DNA of 51,730 bases, from positions 1 through 51,730 of IMG/VR virus record IMGVR_UViG_3300025678_000004, one strand, 5' to 3'. Below are positions 24,458-33,847 of the stretch, in pieces. Positions within the stretch are counted from its first letter, which is position 1, and the number at the start of each line of letters is the position of its first letter. Below the pieces are notes generated by a model. It made no database searches, had not been told where the DNA came from, and saw only the letters and a program-made list of their open reading frames with translations. The position numbers were made by a program, and so were the translations under genes. Source of the DNA: a virus.

Positions 24458-25075
24458 TTACAATTTATAATGCCCTTTTAACTGGCATATTGCAAGCCCA
24501 AGGCGGATTGATATGGTGTTTCCCTGACCTCCGATGATATTTGATGAATACCCGGTTATAAGCACCGGATATGCACGGGACGATAACAGAAGAATTAGCG
24601 GAGACTGCCTGCATTCCTCCTTAATAAGGGATTTTGTTGTTCTCAAATCCTCTATAATAATATCCCTGCTATAGGTCTGTTTTGTCTGCCCCTGTGTTCC
24701 AGTTGACATGGTTACCATTCCAAGCCCGTCAAACCACACTCCTGCTATGGTGATGGTTCCGGATTCAACAAACCCAATATCCCATCCTATCTGCAGTTCT
24801 TCAGGCAGTGGGATGAGTATGGGGGATGCAGTAAACCCCTTGTCAACAGACTGGATACCCCCGCGATAAATGCACGACGTGTCTGATGACTGCTCTGTTT
24901 CAGTGAGGTCTATCGCTTCAAAGGTGTAATCATTTACCCCTGCAACTTTGAACTGCCCCCTTACTTCAGGGTCGCTCACCCCATTTGCAGGGACAAACCC
25001 AAGTGCAAGCGTCCCTTCTTTTGATGCAGGATATTTCCCACTCTGCCATGTGTATTCATACCATCCTCCCGGCAT
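24458..25075 (-). CDS. Distal tail protein (Dit-like) by position
   Basis: 205 aa. The start overlaps the TMP stop (ATGA-type coupling), which is the canonical post-TMP position. Confidence 0.4.
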   Translation of the reverse strand: MPGGWYEYTWQSGKYPASKEGTLALGFVPANGVSDPEVRGQFKVAGVNDYTFEAIDLTETEQSSDTSCIYRGGIQSVDKGFTASPILIPLPEELQIGWDIGFVESGTITIAGVWFDGLGMVTMSTGTQGQTKQTYSRDIIIEDLRTTKSLIKEECRQSPLILLLSSRAYPVLITGYSSNIIGGQGNTISIRLGLAICQLKGHYKL

Positions 25076-28000
25076 CAGTAACTCACCTGCACACCGCTTG
25101 TTTTACCCATTGTCGTAAGCCATTGCACAAACTGCTGGAACAATGCATATGGGTCAGAGTTAGACATTTCAACTGATATCTGATTTATTGTTGGTTGCTT
25201 TAACTTTTCGTCTATTGATGTGAGTTTGTTTAGAATCGCTGTATCCTGCGGTTTTGTTGGTTCTGCCTCAAGCCGCTGTATCTCGCGGCCCTGCAACCAG
25301 TTGTATGTTCCTTTGAACACTTCTCCAAACAACCCGTATTTTCCTTCAAGCGGACGGTTTGCAATCTCGTGGGATTTTATGACTTCCCCGGCAAGCCCCG
25401 GGATCTCCCCCGATTCTATGTATTTCATAATGCCAGGAATTCCCCCGACTATATCAGATACAGCAGCACCGGCCATACCAAGCGGTCCCATCCCGGCAGA
25501 CAACGCTGTAGAAACCCCTACTCTTATACCGCCCTCAACCATTTCATTATCACGGAGTCCGGGGATATAGTTCGCCGGTGACAACGGTCCCTTTCCTCTT
25601 GTAACCGCATGCCCGACGGCCTGCCCGAAATCCGGTGCAACAAACCCGCCCAGAAACTGGGCGGTATATGGAGCACTTGCTGCAATAACATTGAACCCCA
25701 TCTGGGCTGCACCCGCAAGTGCAGCTGACTTTGCTATCTCAAGCGGGTCCCCGGATTCCATTCCCCCAAGGACGCCTCCAAGAAGGGTCATTCCAGGGAC
25801 CCCTTTCATTAGTTCCTTTCCGTATCCGATGATGCGCTCAGGAAGGGATTTTGGTTTTTCTGCACGGAGCCGTTCTTCTTCTTTTAATCCGGACTCGCGT
25901 TTCAACTCTTCCGGTCTGATCTCTTCCCTGCCTTTATCCATCATCTCCCGGTATCTGTCACGTGCCCGTGCCCGGCGTTCCTTCTCACTCTCAATGAGTT
26001 TGTCATCCCGGAGCCGGTCTCCTTCCTTTGGTTTCCCCGGTTCTGCTGCAGCCTCTTTTGGTTTGAACAGGTCTTTGAACCAGTCCCACATCCCTTTCAG
26101 GGTGTCAATTGCTTTCTGAAGAAGTCCCTTTCCGGCATCAAGAATCCCCCTGATTGTGTTCATAAGTCCCTGTGCAACAGCACCAAACCCCTGGGTCCAT
26201 GCATATATCCCTGCTACAGCAACACCAATCGGGATAAGCGGAGCAAGTCCACCCACAAGTCCAAGCAGTTGTGCAGTTGCAACGGTCCGGAGTGCCCTGA
26301 ACCCTCCTTCAGACACCCCACTGACCATCTGGTTCCCACGTTCAATGGTCCGCCTGAGCATCTCAATACCGCGTCCTGCAACGGCCCCTATTGCAAGTGC
26401 AGGTGCAAGTGGGGCTATCATAGCCCCCACCATCTTTGAGACCATTCCAAGGCCCCCTACGATGCTCTGGGCGATGTCTGTGGACATGATGGTACCATAC
26501 ATGCTCATGATGTTCCCGATGACACCACCCGCCCCTCCGATTATACCACCGTCAGCATAATGGGGAATATCGCGTTTTGATATGACAACCTCCCCTGGAG
26601 TGAGCATGGCAAGAACAGAATCGGTATTCCCTACTCCGGGAACCACACCTCCCCGGCTGAACCGTCTGGCCGGTTTTGTAACTGTGGTCTCCCCTGCTTT
26701 TACAGGGACGGCTGTTCCTTCAATGTTCACATAGAAATCCGGTTCCGGCTTCTCACCTGATGCAAGAAGGGTTCCTCTGCGAAGCATCCTCCCCCTGTAT
26801 GCCATTGTGGGTTCTGACTCTTCTGTTGTTGCAAGAGGAGCGGGCGTTGGTGGCTTTGGCGGAACGACCCGCTCTTTCATTACATTGACAAAATCGTTAA
26901 TGGCACTGGTCATATGCCTTATAGACTCCGGGATCTTTCCCATTGCCTTGAGCCACTGATATGTCTCATAAATGGTTTTTCCAATAACCAGTGCACCGAT
27001 TGCAAATATAGGGGGGAACTGGCGGACGATGTTTCCGATGTTTACCAGTCCTTTTACAACAGGACCTATATAGGGAATGATCGGCATCAGGAACATGTCT
27101 GAAATGTATCCGATTCCTTTGCCGATTGCTTCATGGGTCTTGTTATAGACCTTTGATGTCTGCCCGAATATACGCATGACGTGGGCTGCAATGAGGTATG
27201 ACGTGGTTGCACCACGGATAGACCTGAGATAGTTCTTCCGTGCCTGGTCCTCCTTCTCAAGCAGTTTCCAGTATCCTTTTGGTGCGGCAGATTCCCAGTC
27301 CATCCCGCTCCGTTCTGCTTCAAGTACCCGCTCTGAATACTGCCGCTCTTTTCGTTTCATCTGGATGGGGAGCCCTATGATAGGCAGCCGTTCTGCGATC
27401 CGCTGCCAGCCTTTCGGATGGGGGAGTTCACTCAGATACAGTTCACGGAACAGTTTCTCATAATCCGGTTCGGTTGGAGCACCTTCTTCTTCTGCAGCAA
27501 CAGCCGCCCGGCGGCTCTTCTTTGCACCACTGTCACCATACTGTGTGACCTGTATCTTAATACCATTAAACCATGACTCAAACTTTGACATCGTCGGCTG
27601 ACACAGGTCAACCCCGCGACATTTCCCTGATGGTCGTGGTTTTGCCGGGGATTTTCTGATTGCAGCATCAATATCATCAGAATTTATAATAGAATCGGGA
27701 ATCCCACGCGGGTGAGACGAGGGAAACAGCCAGTCTCCGGCACGAGGTTCTTTCTGTGGAGTTCCGGATGATGGTGGGGTTGACGCGGGGGATTTGCGCC
27801 TGAACTCCGGTCCAGGAACCGTTTTCGGAACAAGGGCCTTTTCAATAGTATTGAATTTGTCCGCGAACCGCGGAACAGATTCAAACGATTTCCCTGCCTC
27901 TTCGAGAATGTTTAACAGTGCTATGGAGTCATTCCATAACATCGTGTCAAGATTCTTCCCGGTGTTGAGCAGTTTCTGGTTAAACCCAATTGGTTTTAAG

Positions 28001-31000
28001 TCCTGATATATCTTCCCAAACAGGTCTATCGTTGCGGCATCATCCTCAACACCGCCCATCGGGGCACCGGCAAGCATTGCAAGAGACTTGTCATTCCATC
28101 CTGCTGATTCGAGTTTGGATATGATGTTCTTGATGACCGGGTGTACTCCGGGCCCTGATGCAGATTCCCAGAGTTCGTGAAGCCGTTCGGTGAAGACTGC
28201 AAGTCGTGACGGGTTTTTATCCCAGGTCTCGTCCGGTGTGGGTCCTACCGCACCATATTTCGGGAACACTTTAGACAACGCACGGGCATGCCCGGGTGTG
28301 GTTGCACCGATCCCCTGTCGTTCATACCGCTCTTTTGATACGATGTCATAGATGCTTACCCGCCGGGATGCAAGATCAAACAACCGCATTGCAGCTGCAT
28401 CTTCTGCATTGTCCATCCCTGCTCCTTTGACCGGGCGTGGACCGAACATTTCATTGTATTTTGCGAGTTTCTTTTTCCATCCTTCAAACCCCTTTACAAG
28501 GTCCATCTCATGCGCACCGAGCGTGCTTAAATCACGGGTGACATTAATGACAAATCCTTTGACAGAATCCTGGAAGAAGTCTGCATATGCTGCAATCTGC
28601 TCTGCGAAGTCTGCATCAACCTTGCTGGAGGTCTTAAAGTCCGCAATGGTTGGAACAAGGTTGCCAGTAGCATCCCGGATGAACCCGGCTATGTCAAGAG
28701 TTCCGGAATACTTGTCCCTGGTGTTTACAAACCGCTCTTCAATGAGACTCGGGACAAACCCCATCTGATCTACAAGCTCGACAAACCTGTCCGCAATATC
28801 TTTCCCTGTTTTGATAATATCATCAATGGAATGGAGCGTGCCCTGTAAATCTTTTGAAGGGGAAATATCAGGGAACTTCACGTGAGATGTGTCGATTTCA
28901 TACTTCTTCCCAAGCGCCTGTGCGGCATAATAGTGGGCGACACTCCCCACATGCCCATAATACTCCCCGCCGTTGTATACCTTCCCCAGATTTTTAATCT
29001 TGGTTACAGAAGGCCATATTTCTCCGGTGACCGGGTCAACATAATCATGTTCATCCGGTTGTGCTTCGCGGGTAACATTGCGGGCATGTGATGCAAGTGG
29101 GAGCGTCCCCTCGGCCAAAAACCGCAGATGTTTGTTTGGAATCACATCGAATCCTCCTCCCGGGCGAGACACCAGCAGTTCCGGCCCGGCTTCACCTACT
29201 ACTGCGTTTTCACCAGGTTTTAACTTTCCGCCCGTTGCAAGTGCACGGAACCGCATTCCGGCAAACTCTTTTGGAAGGGCCCCAGGATTATATCGTTCGA
29301 TAGTAATGTTTGATGGAATCTCCCCGTGGAACACTTTCATGAGGTATGAACCAAATGCCACTGAACCCGCCGGGCGGGTAGTCTTTGATGGAACCCATAT
29401 AATTTTGCATGGTTTCGTTCCGATGGATTCGATCAGTTTGTTCACCTGCGAAATCCCGGACGGGGACAGATACGCCTCATCAAAAAACGCAAGCACTTCA
29501 TCAGACGAGTTTATCACATCTGCCGTGGTGTAATCCTTCTGATACTGCTTCCCGCTTTTTCTGGAAAGCCATTCCACACGTGCCGGAATCTTGTACTGGA
29601 ACGTGCCGGTATGATGTGCCCAGTTGGATGCCTGGTATGCAGCACCAAAACTGGTATCGTTCAGTCCCTTGCCAACTTCGGTGGAGGTTATCATCACATT
29701 GTTCGGGTCCCAGTATTTGCTGAAGTACTTCCGCATGAACGGTTCGTTGTCCCATGACTTTGATCCGACAATACCAACCCGTTTCACCCCGGGGAGTTCG
29801 ACCTCTCCTTTGGCAACGCGTTTTACAATATCTTCAGTTTCCTGGGGGAGGTCTGCTATCTTCAGTCCGAACCTGTCACGGAACTTTGATACCACCCGCA
29901 TAAGGCGGTCATCCTGGGTAACGTGCTGATACAGTCCGCGAAGAGAGTGTTTTGGAGAGAATGGTTTTATCTCGTCTTTCTCAACCGCAATCTTCCGTTC
30001 ATACCGTTCAAGCCCGCGGGTATACGAATCAATCTCTGCCTTTAACTGTGCCTTGTCGGCACCATACGTCATGATAAGTTCGTCTGCCTTCTCAAACGGG
30101 ATACCGGCTTCATGGAACGCCCGGCCATAATACCTGCCATATCGTGAGATATAATTTGCACGGACATCTTCATGCTCGGTCATCCGTTCAAGATACCAGT
30201 CGTGGTATACCTGATGCAACTGGGACTGTGCCTCCCGTGCAGTTGCAGCAACCACATACGGGCTGTATAACCGGGTTGTATACTCAGTAATAAGATCCGG
30301 CCCAGCATCGATATATTTCCGGTACTTCTTCTCAAGTTCTTTTGACCAGTTTCCATACTCCTCTTCAGCGGTAGGACTTGAGAAATCGGCCATCTCAGAC
30401 TCAAGGTATTCAGCAGCGGATTTGAACGAGTACCCCCCTTCATCAGAGTCTTCCAGGTACCGTGGCAGATGTGTCCTGAAACTGTCACCAGACCACTTTG
30501 CACGGATTGTAGTGGGCTTGCCTATACCAGATATAGGGTATGATGAAATAATCGAATCCAGATACTCCTGTGACGCTCTGGTGAGAAGTCTGGGTCTTCG
30601 CCTAAGCCCCCCTCCCAGTCTGGCATCAGTACTCCTCCCTGTCTTCTTCCGTGCAAACAGGTGGGCAGCAGTCTGAACCTCGCCGACAAACTCTTTCATT
30701 GAGTCGTCAACAATATCGTGTGGGGATATACCAAGCCGTTTTAATGCAGTCTGGACTATCGGAGAGTTCATCCTGGACGGTGTTGTCTGATACTTCTCAA
30801 TTATTTCAAGTGCGTCAATGGTTTTTTGCAGGTCTTCTTTGCTTACCGGGGAGATGTATGCGTTGGTGCTGCTTACCTCCCGTTTCTTCATCCGTTTCAG
30901 ATCGTCTGCAAGAATGTCATCAAGACGCGGGGCAATATAACTGGTCAGGTTTCCTCCCGACCATTTATCAAAAAGATGTGCAATAACAATGTCACGGGCA

Positions 31001-31530
31001 GAAAGGATCTCCTTGTTTGAAAGGCTTTCCAACTCCTCTTTGGTAAGGAAAGACCCTAACTTACGACGGAGGGTTTTAGAGCCTACTCCTTTGAATCTGC
31101 CTGTCGTGCTGGTAAGGTAATCGGTGATACCTTCTACTATCCGGGGATTAACGTGGGGGAACTTCCGGCCGATATCACGTTTTATCTCGGCCATTGATTT
31201 GGGGTCAAGTACCCGTCCCCGGCCCACGGCCTGGGACTGGTAATGAATAACACGGGCAGCATCCTGCAACACCCCGCGGGGAAGTGTGATCGGGTCTCCC
31301 GGGTTTGTTGCAATCTCCTTTAACTGTTTCACAATAGAAACAGTCTCGCGAAATGCTGCCTGTCTTACAGGAGAGTCAGGATCACCACCGGAACGGATCT
31401 CATTCCGGATGACATCATACATCTTAATGACCTGTTCTTTTGACTCAACAGACAATTGAGAGAACTTCCGGCCAAAAACCCGGTATGAAATCTCATCCCT
31501 GCTTGGATACCTGACTGACATAGTGCCCAC
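25075..31530 (-). CDS. Tape-measure protein with embedded SLOG-like and PD-(D/E)xK nuclease modules
   Basis: 2151 aa in the canonical position after tube and chaperone. TMP hallmarks: GGKLKPGENAVVGEAGPELLV, GGVVPGVGNTDSVLAMLTPGEVV, and long Gly/Ala-rich hydrophobic helices. aa ~583-712 contain RVGIVGSKSWDN...SSDEVLAFFD. aa ~828-1000 contain PSVTKI, GSVAH, GTLDIAG, IADFKTS and QIAAYADF. An ATG at 31521 is an alternative start. Confidence 0.8.
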   Translation of the reverse strand: MGTMSVRYPSRDEISYRVFGRKFSQLSVESKEQVIKMYDVIRNEIRSGGDPDSPVRQAAFRETVSIVKQLKEIATNPGDPITLPRGVLQDAARVIHYQSQAVGRGRVLDPKSMAEIKRDIGRKFPHVNPRIVEGITDYLTSTTGRFKGVGSKTLRRKLGSFLTKEELESLSNKEILSARDIVIAHLFDKWSGGNLTSYIAPRLDDILADDLKRMKKREVSSTNAYISPVSKEDLQKTIDALEIIEKYQTTPSRMNSPIVQTALKRLGISPHDIVDDSMKEFVGEVQTAAHLFARKKTGRSTDARLGGGLRRRPRLLTRASQEYLDSIISSYPISGIGKPTTIRAKWSGDSFRTHLPRYLEDSDEGGYSFKSAAEYLESEMADFSSPTAEEEYGNWSKELEKKYRKYIDAGPDLITEYTTRLYSPYVVAATAREAQSQLHQVYHDWYLERMTEHEDVRANYISRYGRYYGRAFHEAGIPFEKADELIMTYGADKAQLKAEIDSYTRGLERYERKIAVEKDEIKPFSPKHSLRGLYQHVTQDDRLMRVVSKFRDRFGLKIADLPQETEDIVKRVAKGEVELPGVKRVGIVGSKSWDNEPFMRKYFSKYWDPNNVMITSTEVGKGLNDTSFGAAYQASNWAHHTGTFQYKIPARVEWLSRKSGKQYQKDYTTADVINSSDEVLAFFDEAYLSPSGISQVNKLIESIGTKPCKIIWVPSKTTRPAGSVAFGSYLMKVFHGEIPSNITIERYNPGALPKEFAGMRFRALATGGKLKPGENAVVGEAGPELLVSRPGGGFDVIPNKHLRFLAEGTLPLASHARNVTREAQPDEHDYVDPVTGEIWPSVTKIKNLGKVYNGGEYYGHVGSVAHYYAAQALGKKYEIDTSHVKFPDISPSKDLQGTLHSIDDIIKTGKDIADRFVELVDQMGFVPSLIEERFVNTRDKYSGTLDIAGFIRDATGNLVPTIADFKTSSKVDADFAEQIAAYADFFQDSVKGFVINVTRDLSTLGAHEMDLVKGFEGWKKKLAKYNEMFGPRPVKGAGMDNAEDAAAMRLFDLASRRVSIYDIVSKERYERQGIGATTPGHARALSKVFPKYGAVGPTPDETWDKNPSRLAVFTERLHELWESASGPGVHPVIKNIISKLESAGWNDKSLAMLAGAPMGGVEDDAATIDLFGKIYQDLKPIGFNQKLLNTGKNLDTMLWNDSIALLNILEEAGKSFESVPRFADKFNTIEKALVPKTVPGPEFRRKSPASTPPSSGTPQKEPRAGDWLFPSSHPRGIPDSIINSDDIDAAIRKSPAKPRPSGKCRGVDLCQPTMSKFESWFNGIKIQVTQYGDSGAKKSRRAAVAAEEEGAPTEPDYEKLFRELYLSELPHPKGWQRIAERLPIIGLPIQMKRKERQYSERVLEAERSGMDWESAAPKGYWKLLEKEDQARKNYLRSIRGATTSYLIAAHVMRIFGQTSKVYNKTHEAIGKGIGYISDMFLMPIIPYIGPVVKGLVNIGNIVRQFPPIFAIGALVIGKTIYETYQWLKAMGKIPESIRHMTSAINDFVNVMKERVVPPKPPTPAPLATTEESEPTMAYRGRMLRRGTLLASGEKPEPDFYVNIEGTAVPVKAGETTVTKPARRFSRGGVVPGVGNTDSVLAMLTPGEVVISKRDIPHYADGGIIGGAGGVIGNIMSMYGTIMSTDIAQSIVGGLGMVSKMVGAMIAPLAPALAIGAVAGRGIEMLRRTIERGNQMVSGVSEGGFRALRTVATAQLLGLVGGLAPLIPIGVAVAGIYAWTQGFGAVAQGLMNTIRGILDAGKGLLQKAIDTLKGMWDWFKDLFKPKEAAAEPGKPKEGDRLRDDKLIESEKERRARARDRYREMMDKGREEIRPEELKRESGLKEEERLRAEKPKSLPERIIGYGKELMKGVPGMTLLGGVLGGMESGDPLEIAKSAALAGAAQMGFNVIAASAPYTAQFLGGFVAPDFGQAVGHAVTRGKGPLSPANYIPGLRDNEMVEGGIRVGVSTALSAGMGPLGMAGAAVSDIVGGIPGIMKYIESGEIPGLAGEVIKSHEIANRPLEGKYGLFGEVFKGTYNWLQGREIQRLEAEPTKPQDTAILNKLTSIDEKLKQPTINQISVEMSNSDPYALFQQFVQWLTTMGKTSGVQVSY

Positions 31531-31531
31531 T

Positions 31532-31654
31532 TTATTCTTTGTTCTTTGCGATTTCAGCGTTTCTGATTTTTATCGATTCACTCAGAAAGATGTCTTCCTC
31601 AATACTACACGGCCAGTTTCCAGACGGCGTCCGCCTGAAAAACTCACATTTCAT
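31532..31654 (-). CDS. 40-aa ORF filling the chaperone-TMP gap (independent gene or +1-frame extension)
   Basis: Hand translation: MKCEFFRRTPSGNWPCSIEEDIFLSESIKIRNAEIAKNKE. The same frame is open from 7 codons before the chaperone stop to 1 nt before the TMP GTG. Confidence 0.3.
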   Translation of the reverse strand: MKCEFFRRTPSGNWPCSIEEDIFLSESIKIRNAEIAKNKE

Positions 31655-31673
31655 AAACAGGAACTTTCCTTCG

Positions 31674-32075
31674 TTACTTCTTGCGAAAGTCACCTATCTT
31701 TTCTTCATTCTTCTCGATGCCTTCATACATCGCGTTGAAGACCCCCCAGAACTTCCCGGTCATCGTATCGTAGTATTCCCAAAACTGTGGCGTGTTAAAT
31801 GGAGCTTCAAGACACAACTGAGCAGCAATCTTGTACGCATCTGCTTCTATGTCAGAAAAGCGGAGGTCCTTCTCTTTCCGGGTTCTGTTCTGTTCGTAAA
31901 AGTATCTGACTTCACGGGGGAACGCAGCAACAACCTTTATCGGAACTCCTGCAAGATCGAATAGAAGGTGCCGTTCCTTCTCGTTTTCAAGTATCTTCTG
32001 GACAAGTTCGTTACTTTCAAGCTCTTTCAGTTCAAACTCCTTCAGTCTTGAAAGCAGGTCTTTCTTTTCTGCCAT
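31674..32075 (-). CDS. Tail assembly chaperone (by position)
   Basis: 133 aa, acidic and helical, between the tube genes and the TMP. A TATA-like TTTTTATATTT lies upstream. Confidence 0.5.
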   Translation of the reverse strand: MAEKKDLLSRLKEFELKELESNELVQKILENEKERHLLFDLAGVPIKVVAAFPREVRYFYEQNRTRKEKDLRFSDIEADAYKIAAQLCLEAPFNTPQFWEYYDTMTGKFWGVFNAMYEGIEKNEEKIGDFRKK

Positions 32076-32122
32076 ACATTAGATAGATGGCAGTAAATAT
32101 AAAAAAAGAGTTTGTTTGTTTT

Positions 32123-32692
32123 CTATACCTTGACCCACGAATCGTTTGTAGTCGTGCGTTTGTATGTGGTAACATACACCGATTTCCCTGTTCCACTAAG
32201 GTTACGCGAGATAAACTCGTTCTCTTTCATCTCATACGGAACAGACTCGAAATACACGTCTGATGCCACCAGTACAACCTTACGGAGTGCATCCGTTTCA
32301 AGCATCTCCATTGTGATGTCAAACCGTGCAACTTTGTTCTTCCATTTTGGGTCATTGATATTCGCACGGGTAACCGGACTTGCCGGATCATACCGGCCAA
32401 GCAGAACCCCTTTCAGAATATGGTCAGAATCGGGGTTCCACATAGCCACTTCCACGCTCACATCCACATTCAGCGAGTGCTTGGCGACTGCAGCACGGGT
32501 AACCCGTTCCATACCATAGAGGGTAACATGTTCAAATTTCGGGATAATCGAAATCCCTTTTAATGCAGCAACTTCTACAGTTGCCGTCGGTTGTGATGGG
32601 TTAATGTTTGCTCCCTGATAAGAAGCAACAGTCATCGTCATTGTACCATAGTTGGCAAAGAATGCACTACGGCCGTTATATGTATCTGCCAT
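32123..32692 (-). CDS. Major tail (tube) protein, paralog 2
   Basis: 189 aa, clearly homologous to 32704..33210. Shared blocks: MAD.Y.GR.AFFANYGTM, GMERVTRAAVAKHSL, WKNKVARF, DVYFESVPYEMKENEFISRNL. Confidence 0.65.
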   Translation of the reverse strand: MADTYNGRSAFFANYGTMTMTVASYQGANINPSQPTATVEVAALKGISIIPKFEHVTLYGMERVTRAAVAKHSLNVDVSVEVAMWNPDSDHILKGVLLGRYDPASPVTRANINDPKWKNKVARFDITMEMLETDALRKVVLVASDVYFESVPYEMKENEFISRNLSGTGKSVYVTTYKRTTTNDSWVKV

Positions 32693-32703
32693 GATTTACC
32701 CCC

Positions 32704-33210
32704 TCATGATACTGATATGGCTGCACCCGTGCCGGTAAGGTTACGGGAGATGAACTCATTCTCTTTCATTTCATACGGCACCGATTCAAAGTACACGTCT
32801 TCTACCCGGAGTGTAACTTCTTTCTCGCCATCTGTATCAAGCATCTTCATGGTAAGGTTAAATCTTGCTACCTTGTTCTTCCAGAGCGAGTCGTTGATGA
32901 GGTCTTCAGTAATATCATCATCAGATTCATGACCAAGAAGAACTCCCTGGAGAATAATATCTGACTCAGGGTCCCACATTGCAACCTCAACCGTCACATC
33001 AACCGCGAGGGAGTGTTTTGCCACGGCTGCCCTGGTCACCCGCTCCATACCAAACAGTGTCACATGCTCATATTTCGGGACGACAGATATCCCTTTTAGA
33101 GCAGCGACTTTAACTTCGGTGCTGTCTGCACCGGTGTCATCAGCAATTACCAATGACATTGTGCCGTAGTTAGCGAAGAATGCTCTACGGCCCATATATG
33201 CATCTGCCAT
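32704..33210 (-). CDS. Major tail (tube) protein, paralog 1
   Basis: 168 aa in the canonical position upstream of chaperone and TMP. It has its own TATA-like element and a 14-bp palindrome in the leader. Confidence 0.65.
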   Translation of the reverse strand: MADAYMGRRAFFANYGTMSLVIADDTGADSTEVKVAALKGISVVPKYEHVTLFGMERVTRAAVAKHSLAVDVTVEVAMWDPESDIILQGVLLGHESDDDITEDLINDSLWKNKVARFNLTMKMLDTDGEKEVTLRVEDVYFESVPYEMKENEFISRNLTGTGAAISVS

Positions 33211-33257
33211 GAGTTGATCAACTCAAATATGACTCGATTTAAAAATGATATAAGTTT
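33211..33257 (-). promoter_or_regulatory. Tube-gene promoter region with perfect palindrome GAGTTGATCAACTC
   Basis: The palindrome at 33211-33224 abuts the ATG. On the minus strand, AAACTTATATCATTTTT is a TATA-like element about 39 nt upstream of the ATG. Confidence 0.4.
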
Positions 33258-33267
33258 AAGGGAAATT

Positions 33268-33846
33268 TTAAAGAATGGCAGATATCTGTATCTGCAAACT
33301 CCACCACAGAATTATATACGAGGTTCCTGACATATACCACCCGATTCTCGGGGTCATCATCTTAATCCCGCCGGGAAGGGCATACATCGCCTTCTCCTGC
33401 GAGAGAATGTCCCAGTAATTCCACGCCCAGTCACGAACATCCTTTATCGGGTGTCGTATGTCTGTATATTTGTAATAGGTCATTACCGTAACCGGCATCG
33501 TGCTCATTGACAGCGGGTCACCAATATACGGAACCGTGCTGTATATCTTGTCATCATCCGCCTTTACATATTCGGGGCGCCGGTGAGGAGGAATGTACAG
33601 CGGGAGTATATACATACATGGAAACTCTTCGCTCTCTCCAACGATTGCCGGGTCTTCCCACCACTCCTTGATATATGTAATGTTTCCAATGAAGTTAGAA
33701 TGGTCAATCGCAAGTTGTTCAAGCCCGACAACAATCCGGTTAAAATTTTCAGCAGACCTGAACGTATGGACCCCGTGAGGAGATGCCGGGGATGAAACGA
33801 TAATACCGGTATACGGTATAACCTGCGGATCGCGCGGAATTGCCAT
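33268..33846 (-). CDS. Head-tail joining / tail terminator-like protein (by position)
   Basis: 192 aa between the connector-like gene and the tube genes. Confidence 0.35.
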   Translation of the reverse strand: MAIPRDPQVIPYTGIIVSSPASPHGVHTFRSAENFNRIVVGLEQLAIDHSNFIGNITYIKEWWEDPAIVGESEEFPCMYILPLYIPPHRRPEYVKADDDKIYSTVPYIGDPLSMSTMPVTVMTYYKYTDIRHPIKDVRDWAWNYWDILSQEKAMYALPGGIKMMTPRIGWYMSGTSYIILWWSLQIQISAIL

Positions 33847-33847
33847 G

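Noticed and set aside
31674-31700. Canonical -1 programmed frameshift in the tail chaperone
   Set aside because: The -1 frame terminates about 10 codons after the zero-frame stop region, and no X_XXY_YYZ heptamer is present. Only the +1 frame is open (reported separately as a low-confidence finding).
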